Assembly (NCBI RefSeq): GCF_006345805.1
Contig: NC_043023.1
Location: 4,092,001 to 4,156,000, forward strand
Length of the DNA stretch: 64,000 nt
Direction: 5' to 3'
Source of the DNA: Octopus sinensis
Taxonomy: Eukaryota
Part shown: piece after piece, positions 52,858 through 64,000 of the stretch
Layout: every line of letters starts with the position of its first letter
Numbering within the stretch: the stretch's first letter is position 1
Program-made: the position numbers and the translations under genes
The notes under the pieces: generated by a model
Told to the model about the DNA's origin: nothing
Database searches by the model: none
The model's input: the letters and a program-made list of their open reading frames with translations, nothing else

Positions 52858-55800
52858 TATTATTATTATTATTATCATTATTATTATCATTATTAATATT
52901 ATTATTATTATCATTACTATTATTATTATTATTATTAATATTATCCTTATTATTATCATTATTACTATTATTATTATCATTATTACTATTATTATTATTA
53001 TTATTTTTATTATTATTATTATTTTTATTAATACCATTATTATTATTATTACCAAGGCAGTGAGCTGGGAGAATCATTAGCATGCCAGGCATTTTGTTCA
53101 ATTTTTGATTGTGAGTTCAAATTCTACCAATGTCAGCAAATACCAGTCAAGCACTGGGATCAATGTAATCGATTACCCCCTCCCCTCAAAATTTCAGGTC
53201 TTGTGCCTATAGTAGTAAGGATCATTATTGTTATTATTGGGAAGTTGATCAGAATTCTTTCAGATTTATACAGTAATACCTCCCCAACAGCATTTCGTTA
53301 AAACCTGACAGATCCAACCATTGACATGTCTAACCACAGCCAGCATCTTCCAAGAAAAGAGAAAGAAAAAGACAAGATGGAGGGGGAAAAGAAAGGGGGA
53401 ATAGGGAGGAGTGTGAGAGAAAATATAAGTGAAGAGAATGTAAGAGAGAGAGAGAAAGAGAGAAGAATTGGAGAAATGCTGGACTGGTACTTTAACAGCT
53501 CCTTCAATGACCAGGATTTGAACTCAACAGCTGACAGATCAAAATGAGCTTCACAAAGCATTCTTTATCCAATGTTGTTTATATAGACATAAATGTCATA
53601 ACTTTTAGGGCTGACATTGAAATTTATAGAAAATCTGTGAAGAATCTGAAAAATAAAAATATCACACTGCTAACACAAGAGCAAGGCACGTTATTGATTT
53701 GTAAACCATTAATATACTTAGTGTGGAGGCGCAATAGCCCAGTGGTTAGGGCAGCGGACTCTCAGTCGGAGGATCATGTTTTGATTCCCAGACCGGGCGT
53801 TGTGTGTGTTTATTGAGTGAAAACACCTAAAGCTCCACGAGGCTCTGACAGGGGTTGGTGGCGACCCCTGTTGTACTCTTTCACCACAACTATCTCTCAC
53901 TCTCTCTTCCTGTTTCTTGAGTAATGGGAGAAACTGAGAAACCGGGCCCATGAGCCTGGCTGTCTCACACATCTACATAGCAATTTGGAAAACTGAAATA
54001 AGCAGAGGTACCTCAAGCAGACACAGCTGGGTTTTTTAACCCAAGCTACACAATGTGTTTGTATTTCAATTCTTTTTGTTAAGGAGTTCATTTTTTTCAT
54101 TTTAATCCTTTCTGTCGAAGAGTGTTGGCTCAAAACACGAAACACTTTCCATTCTTCCTGAGCTTTAAACTAATACACCTGTTTGTAGTTCCTTCATCTG
54201 TCTTTGTCTTTTTTCTATTTGAACTATATATATATATATAGGTGTGTGTTCACTGTCATCATCATCATCATCACCATTTTGCATCCATTTTCTATGCCGC
54301 CATTTATTGGATAGGTTGTCAAGATCCAAGTCCTTATTTGAAGCCACCACCCCCATAGAAAAGTCAAAAGACCATGTATCATTTATATATTTCTTTTTCG
54401 GCTTTGCTTCGATGACTGAATACGTCTCCTTCCACCCAAACCTTTGCTGAATACTGTTTACTGTGGCACCAGCACTAAAGGAGTTGTCATGTCCTTGATG
54501 AGATAGAAATAAAAGGATTTCTTCACTCATTGCTTTCACTGACCACTTTACAAAATCTCTAGGAAACATGCCTGGTGTTTTGTATGATAAAGATGAAGTC
54601 ACATCTGAGATGTGACCATTTTCAATATACAGGAAAAGGCATTTGGTAGGAATTCTAAACAAAGTCTAAGATACCATGTGCATCTGCATTAGGGATAAAT
54701 AATATGAGACCAGTGGAATCAAACAATATCATCATCAACATTTTAATGTTGATTTTCTCATACTTGCATGGATGATATGAGATATTTATTGAGGCAGATT
54801 TTCCATAGCAGGATGCTGTTTCCATTTCCAAGCAAGCTAACATTTCGATATTTCCATTCAAACAGCACAGTCATCACCAGGCATGATTTTGTGGAAGACT
54901 GCAAAACAAATGACACTGCTTGCATGACAGTGGAACTCGTTTACAACTGACATGCAATGTTAAGACAAGGAAACATGAAAGCTCTCTCTCTCTTAAACAC
55001 ACATACACACACACAATGGGCTTCTTTCAGTTTTCATTAACTAAATCCACTCACAAGACTTTGGTTGACTTGGTTATAGTAGAAGACTATAGTCCAAGGT
55101 GTCACACAGGGGGAGAAAGCCTGAAACCACAAAAATATGAAAAACATGATGAAAAACAGAAAGAAAAAATGTGTAGAGATTAACAATTCAACATGATGAA
55201 ATGGCCAGAAGAAAGAGCATCATCATCATCGTTTAACGTCTGTTTTCCATGCTGGCATGGGTTGGATGATTTGACTGAGGACTGGCGAGCCAGATGGCTC
55301 CACCAGGCTCCAATCTTGATCTGGCAAAGTTTCTACAGCTGGATGCCCTTCCTAACACCAACCACTCCAAGAGTGTAGTGGGGGCTTTTACATGCCATAT
55401 AGTAGCTACAGAGACAGTATGGCACAGGAGTGGCTGTGTGGTACATAGCTTGCTTACCAACTGCATGGTACCTTGGGCAAGTGTCTTCTATTATAGCCTC
55501 GGGGCGACCAAAGACTTGTGAGTGGATTTGGTAGACAGAAACTGAAAGAAGCCCATCATATATATGTATATAGGCGAGCTGGCAGAAACGTTAGCACGCT
55601 GGGTTAAATGCGTAGCCGTATTTCGCCTGCCGTTACGTTCTGAGGTCAAATTCCGCCGAGGTCGACTTTGCCTTTCATCCTTTCGGGGTCGATAAATAAA
55701 GTAACAGTTTCGCACTGGGGTCGATGTAATCGACTTAATCCCTTTGCCTGTCCTTGTTTGTCCCCTCTATGTTTAGCCCCTTGTGGGCAGTAAAGAAATA

Positions 55801-56156
55801 TATATATGTATATGTATGTATATGTTTGTCCCCCCAACATCGTTTGACAACCAATGCTGGTGTGTTTACGTCCCCGTAACTTAGCGGTTCAGCAAAATAG
55901 ACCAATAGAATAAGTACTAGGCTTACAAAGAATAAGTCCTGGGGTCGATTTGCTCAACTAACGGCGGTGCTCCAGCATGGCCACAGTCAAATGACTGAAA
56001 CAAGTAAAAGAGTTAAGTGAGTATTAGTACCGAGAAGTAATATTTAACCCTTTTAAATATTGATGTTCTGTTAGAAAATATGTAATAGTGACAGGTAGCA
56101 TAGCTTCTTCTAAAAGAACATCCATATTTAAGTGGACATAAACCCCACCCCTCTCT

Positions 56157-56387
<231 letters not shown>

Positions 56388-56398
56388 TGTATATGTAG

Positions 56399-57410
56399 AA
56401 AATCATTGATTAGAGAACAAACATCAAATTTGGGCCAACTTTATAATAACCCCACGCTTCTATCCATTTCATCATATACAAATAATACCATGATCTTCAA
56501 CATATAAAAGAAATATATATACAATCACGGAAGGTAAAAAAATATATATATGCACATATAAAAAATACAAATATATATATGCACATATAAAAAAATACAA
56601 AACTATATAGAAGGACCTGTCTGCAAAAATGTATATAAAAATCAACTAAAGTAGTTGATTAAAAAAGAATTACTAAAACATATCAGTTGACTAAAAAAAT
56701 TTTACCCATCAATTAAAAATATATCAAAATAATCAGTCCTTAAGAGACTGAAGCAATCCATGGTAGGTCCGGTATTGAAGAAGTGTAAGAGAGTCCCAAA
56801 AAAAGGGTAAGTCAAAATCCACACCTGTGGCCATTTCAGACGTTCATTCCCACAGTCCAGTTGCAAGTTAAAGCACATCTTGACAATGATCCCCTCATCA
56901 AGACAAACAGAAATCTCTAGGAATTTCACATTCAAGTAGTTCACAAGAATTACAATACCGGTGTAATTCTTATTTTATAACATATAACCTTTAGCCAGAC
57001 CAGTCCGAAATTCCTAACTAAAAAATATAAGTTTTTTTTTAGTTTTCAGAAAGTATATAAAAGTAAGGCTAGATGTGGTAGATAATATTTAGTTTGCTTA
57101 CTGGATTTCAAAACTGGGCAGAAAAATTCCTATAAATAGCAATGACCAACCTGGGAGCCATAAAATAAAATAATTTTCTTATATAGTGGTTTTATATTTT
57201 TATGTATTTTTTAGTTGGGAATTTCTTTTATATATTTTTTGTATTTTTTTATATGCGCATATATATATTTTTACCTTTGGTGTTTATATATATATTTCTT
57301 TTATATGTTGAAGGCCATGGTATTATTTGTATATGATGAAATGGATAAAAGCGTGGGGTTATTATAAAGTTGACCTGAATTTGATGTTTGTTCTCTAATC
57401 AATGACTTTT
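56399..57410. repeat. Inverted repeat (arms about 56399-56610 and 57225-57410) around an internal segment of about 600 bp
   Basis: TCATTGATTAGAGAACAAACATCAAATT / AATTTGATGTTTGTTCTCTAATCAATGA. Confidence 0.8.
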
Positions 57411-57514
57411 GTCTCAATTTCTCTTGAGCAATTCTTCTTTTGCAGTCCTATATATCTTTTTTCTTTCCATAAAGAGAAATGAAAATTATTTCTTGTCATA
57501 TATATTTATATATA

Positions 57515-57549
<35 letters not shown>

Positions 57550-57587
57550 GTGTACATATATATATATAATATATATATATATACATG

Positions 57588-57621
<34 letters not shown>

Positions 57622-57858
57622 TATACATGTATATATATGTATATATATGAAAATTTATAAAAATAAGGTAAAGTAAAATAATTTACTTTACCACACACCG
57701 AGCTTTTTAGAAATAGCAGCCAAAAATTTGGCTATTTCTTCAACTGCAAGAAAAAGTCTCCCAGACAATGCATACTCAGAAATAACTCACATAGGTATAA
57801 GGGAAAATCAACGAAAGATCACATCCATATATATATATATGTGTGTGTGTGTGTATAT

Positions 57859-58215
<357 letters not shown>

Positions 58216-59749
58216 ATATATATATATATATGTTTGCGTGTATATATATATGGTGTGTGTGTAATATATATATAATATATATGTATGTATGTATGTATAT
58301 ATGTAATATATGTATATACACACACACACACATATATATATATGTGTGTGTGTGTGTGTGTATAGAGAGAGAGATGTAATAAGCTTAGGCACGGTGGTAA
58401 GAAGTTTGCTGCCCAACCACATGGTTCTAGGTTCAGTTCCCCTGCTTGACACCTTGGGCAAGTGTCTTCTACTATAGACTCAGGCCAACCAAAGTCTTGT
58501 GACTGGATTTGGAAGATGGAAACTGAAGGAAGCCCATCGAATATGTACTTTGTAAAGTTGTTGATTTTAGGAAGGGTATCCAGCCATAGAAACCCTGCCA
58601 CAACAGACAATTGGAGCCTGGACAACTCCCTGGCTTGCCAGCTCTGGTCAAACCATCCAGCCTTTGCCAGCATGGAAAACAGTCGATGATGATGATAATG
58701 GTACACGTGTCTGTGTGTCTTTCTGGTTGTCCCCTCCATGACCACTTGACAACCAGTGTTGGTGTATTTATGTACCCCATAACATAGCGATTCAGCAAAA
58801 GAGACTGATAGAGTAAGCACAAGGCTTTACAGAAAAATAATAAGTACCGGGACCAATTTGTTCAACTAAAATTCTTCAGCATGATGCCCCAGCATGGCCA
58901 CAGTCTAATGATTGAAACAAGTAAAAGACAAAAGATATATATAACTATAAAGGCTTTATTGGATAGATTCATGTTCACCCATCATACAGAGAATACTGGG
59001 AAACTAGATTACTGTAAGCTACATCTCTGTATAACTTTATATATATCTTTTTCTTCACTTAGGTGTTTGTTTATTTACTTTTTGGTGGAGTGGTAGGTTT
59101 TTTTCAATAAAATTAAATATTTTTATATGAAATTTAACTGAAGCACATTCTAACTACCTACCTATTTATATATACATTAAACAGAGTATGAGAAAACATT
59201 AGTGATGTCTCTTTTGGTCTTTCCTACAGCTGTTTCAATAATTCTTACATATTGCATAAGTATTATTGAAACAGCTGCATGATTGAATGTATTGAGATAT
59301 CGCTGATGTTCATGGATATAGATTCATACATGTGAATGTAGGTGTTTAATGGAATACATTAACTGATATTATTGAACATTTGTAGTATGTACAAAGCACA
59401 CTAATATTGTGTGTGTGCATTGAATATATACATATATATATATACATACATATATGTATGTTACATATATTAAGATAATACATCATATATATATATATAT
59501 ATATATATGTTACATATATTAAGATAATGCATCATATATATATATATATATATGTTACATATATTAAGATAATACATCATATATATATATATATATATAT
59601 GCGCATATATTCCTACACTCTAATATAAAGTATAGGCTAAATATGAGGCTAATAATCTGCAGAATTTTTAAACCCATTAATAACATCACAACAACTACAG
59701 TAACAACAGCACAGCAACAACAACTAGAAAACTGTTATTGGTGTTTCAG

Positions 59750-59895
59750 ATCACGACATCTTCAAATTCTAACGAAACCTCCACCCTGAAGTCACCCAGA
59801 CAAACAGCATCGACGACTGCGATCACTGATTTACATAAACCCCGTCACGTAACCACTGCTATCTACGCAACAGATCCTCAACAGAGAGCGTTTAG
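59750..59895 (+). CDS. unc5: UNC-5 exon: Ser/Thr-rich linker ending just before the death domain (absent from ORF track)
   Basis: gtttcag|ATC...TTTAG|gtaact; 146 nt, phase 0-2, open frame ITTSSNSNETSTLKSPRQTASTTAITDLHKPRHVTTAIYATDPQQRAFR. The ending AF(R/K) matches the start of the UNC5 death-domain region. Confidence 0.8.
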
Positions 59896-60639
59896 GTAAC
59901 TATACGTAATATATCTGTCACACTGCTGCTACTGCTACTACTGCTAATAATAATAATATTGGATACAGTTATAGGTGTAGTCTTAATATAGAGCCTTGCT
60001 GTATGCTAACATTTTCACAATCTCATTGATGCCTTAGTAAAAATAGTGTTTTATTAAGTGTATGTGATATTTACTTATGTCACTCTGCCATTGCTACCAC
60101 TACTGCTTATTAAATTATTAATAACGATGATGATAACATTGATTGTGGTTATAGGCTTAGTTATAATATAGAGCCTTGCTATATGCTATTTTTCACAAAC
60201 TTTGTTGAAGCTTCACTTAAGACATTTATTAACTGTATGTAATACTGTATATGCATATATGTCACTACTACTGCTGCTGCTACTACTACTACTACTAATA
60301 ATAATAATAATAATGATAATAATAATAATAACTATTATTATTATTATGGTTTTAAGTGCTAGCACAAGGCCAGCAATTTCTAGGGAGGTGGGATAGTCGA
60401 TTACATTGACCCCAGTGCTCAACTGGTTCTCATTTCATCGACCCCAAGTGGATGAAAGGCAAAGTCAACCTCAACAGAATTTGAACTCAGAGTGTAAAGA
60501 GTTGGAAGACATTCTGCTAAACATTTTGCTTGGCATGCAAAGGATTTTGCCAGTCCATCATCTAGATGATGATGATGATAATAATAATAATAATAATAAT
60601 ATTTATAATAATAATAATAATAATAATAATAATTTCAGA

Positions 60640-61030
60640 TGAAAATCATGTCCCCTCATTGATATGACTATTCCAATCGACATTAAATTATGTTTAGAAC
60701 TACCAAAAACTGAGCAAATATAAAGATCTTGAAATAGAAATTGGCAAATTGTGGACCCTCAAGACTAGAACAATACCTATGTCAGTGCCCTAGGTATGAT
60801 AGCAGAAAAGGGCTGATTGTTACCAATCCCATACAAAAATGGAAGAAATTCAAAAAATAGTGTCCATGAGAACAAACTTTTAATTTTCTTCTATTTTGAC
60901 AGACACTGAACAATGCTCTGTACAAAAGCAAAAAATATGGCACCCTAGTCATAATACTGACTTGAATTTCTAACTTGTCTCTTGAGGTCTCTGGGGGAGA
61001 CTTGGAGTCAACCTGTATAAATACAAAGCA
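60640..61030 (+). mobile_element. R4/Dong-like LINE 3' fragment after (AAT)n
   Basis: LIDMTIP, KLSKYKDLEIEIGKLWTLKTRTIP. Confidence 0.7.
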
Positions 61031-62360
61031 AAAGCCAAGCTTATAATAATTTCTTCTGTTAGCACAAATCCTGAAATTTTGGGGTAGAGGGTTAGTTCCT
61101 TACATTCCTCTCAGTACTCAACTAGTACCTTATTTTATCAACTCCTAAAGGATGAAAGGCAAAAAGAAATGCCACAGAGCATTTTGTTTGACGCACTGAT
61201 AATTCTAACAGCTCAATGTCCTCTGATGTTGTCAAGGATTGAACTTGAAGACCTGTGCTATCTCTTGTTATGATAATATCTTGCCAAAAAAACAGACCTC
61301 ATCAGTGCTGGTGCCACGTGAAAAACCATTCAGTCCACTCTGCAAGGTAGTTGGCATTAGGAAGGGTATCCAACCATAAAAATCATGCCAAACCAGATAG
61401 TGAAGCCTGGTGTGGTCTTCTGGCTAGCCAGCTCCAGTCAAACCATCCAACCCATGCCAGGACGGATAACAAACATTAAGTGATGATGATGATGACGATA
61501 TAATAACAACAACAATTATAGGTTATAGATGTAGACCTAATATAGTGCTTTGCTGTACACTGATATGTCCACAGATTTTGTTAAAGTCCTACGAAATATT
61601 GTGTTTAGATATGTCATACCTGCTGCTGATAATAATGATAATTATTTTAATAATGGTTCATCTTCTGTGTTAGTCTCTGCCCCATTGAATACATTGCTCT
61701 GAATGAAGCCAATAAATAATAGTCTTGCGAGGTGCAGAGTAACCTCACTTGTGCTGGTGCTGTAATTAAAACACAGCTTTGACTGGTGAATGTGCAGGGA
61801 CAGCATTCGCTCAAGAGACTCTTTAGTTCCATCTAGTTAAGGGCATAACAACCTCTCTTGTGTTGGTGCCACAATATAATGTACCCAGTGGCTGATGTTA
61901 GGAAGGGTACCTTGCCATTGAAAACATGACAAAATGAAATGTACAAATGAGACACAATCCCTTTCTTTGGGTAACTTCAACTTGTCCTCATGCTGCCAAG
62001 AAGGCAAATTTAATAGATGGGGCAATAACGAAGGGCCTTGCTCTACACCAACTTTTTCATAGAATTTTAATGAAGCTTCAAGATAATTGGATATTAAAGT
62101 AAATAAACTACACTTATTGACACTGCTAGTGCTACTACTTCTACTAATGAATATCATAATGATAGTAATGAATAGTTATGGTTGGAAATAAAAGAGAGCT
62201 TTGCTGCAGACTACTAACCTTGCTACTTATAATACTGCTATAACTTCTACTAATATTAGTAAGAAAAATATATTGGTAATGAATAATAATGTCCGTGATT
62301 ATAGTATTTTTATTTATGTGTGTGTATATATATATATACTCACCTTTATTGAAGAGTTCT

Positions 62361-62367
<7 letters not shown>

Positions 62368-62406
<39 letters not shown>

Positions 62407-63187
62407 TGTATACACACACACATATATATATGTATATATACATATGTGTATATATACACATATATATACATATATGTATATATACATATATATATATAAC
62501 ATACATATATATACATAATATATATACATACATATATATATATACACATATATATATATACATATATATATATACATACATTTATATATATACATACATA
62601 TATATATATACACATACATATATGTATATTTATACATATATATATATATATACATACATATATATATATACATACATATATATATATATACACATACATA
62701 TATGTATATTTATACATATATATATATACATACATATATGTATATTTATACATATATATATATATACATACATATATGTATATTTATACATATATATATA
62801 TACATACATATATGTATATTTATACATATATATACATACATATATGTATATTTATGCATATATATATATATTTATACATATATATATATACATACATATA
62901 TGTATATTTATACATATATATATATACATATATGTATATTTATACATATATATACATATATGTATATTTATACATATATATACATACATATATGTATATT
63001 TATACATGTATATATATATTATGTATATATATATATATATATATTCATATATATATATATAACATATATATATACATATATATATATATACATATATATA
63101 TACATATATATATACATATACATACATATATATATATATACAATATATATACATATAATATATATATATATAATATATATATAATAT

Positions 63188-63229
<42 letters not shown>

Positions 63230-63841
63230 ATAATATATATATATATATTATACATATATATATGTATATACATATATATATGTATATACATATATATATG
63301 TATATACATAATATATATGTATATACATATATATTATATATATATATATACATATATATATGTATATACATAATATATGTATATACATATATATATGTAA
63401 TATACATATATATATATGTATATACAATATATATATATATATAATATATATATATATATATTATATATATATGTATATACATATATATATATGTATATAT
63501 ATATGTATATATGTATATACATATATATATGTATATATATGTATATATATATGTATATCATATATATATATGTATAATATATGTATATATATAAGTATAT
63601 ATGTATATATATATGTGTATATATAAGTATATATGTATATATATAAGTATATATGTATATGTATATGTATATATATATATGTATATACATATATATATAT
63701 GTATATACATATATATATGTATATACATATATACATATATATATAGGTATATACATATATATACATACATATATATATACATTATATATATATACATATA
63801 TACATACATATATATATATACATACACACACACACACACAC
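62368..63841. repeat. (AT/AC/GT) low-complexity microsatellite field; similar fields at 13710-14815, 15150-15710, 25600-26280
   Basis: Dinucleotide repeats that produce spurious Y/I/C/M ORFs. Confidence 0.95.
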
Positions 63842-64000
63842 TTGAGTAAGCACATAAATGTAAAACAAGGTGGAACAAAATAGTACTTGAATGCTGAAGG
63901 TAGAGTAATATGCTTTCATTAAAGCTGAAAAAATCTTGACAAACTTACTCAGAGTTTCATGTTAGCATTCATCGGACAATTGTGATGACAACTGTCCATC

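Noticed and set aside
53264-53547. Acceptor-like ttctttcag and ORF 53326-53547
   Set aside because: The phase-0 frame hits TGA after 14 codons; the ORF is purine-rich low-complexity sequence.

Overview
Eukaryotic, AT-rich, microsatellite- and transposon-saturated genomic DNA. The SINE/LINE repertoire points to an octopus (coleoid cephalopod); this is inferred from repeat families and was not database-verified. The window lies inside one + strand gene, an UNC-5 netrin receptor. I assembled 11 GT-AG exons with consistent phases (1,804 coding nt): second TSP1 repeat, a 30-nt micro-exon, TM exon, a 57-nt exon, ZU5, UPA and the linker before the death domain. The Ig domains, first TSP1 and death domain lie outside the window. 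Introns hold decayed mariner/Tc1, hAT and pogo MITEs, a Helitron-like element, RTE and R4/Dong LINE remnants, many SINEs and Penelope-like element (PLE) debris. Most notable observations: (1) about a dozen minimal type I hammerhead-ribozyme motifs from several PLE-like families, including a natural C3G/G8C compensatory core swap seen in two copies; (2) these motifs often sit at the apex of fold-back palindromes, and the cleanest ones are antisense to unc5; (3) an inverted pair of R4/Dong copies with shared lesions brackets five ZU5/UPA exons; (4) a juxtamembrane micro-exon with an upstream YCAY cluster resembles vertebrate UNC5B exon 8; (5) a 32-bp minisatellite is built of splice-acceptor-like units. 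Almost all ORFs in the supplied track are microsatellite artefacts.
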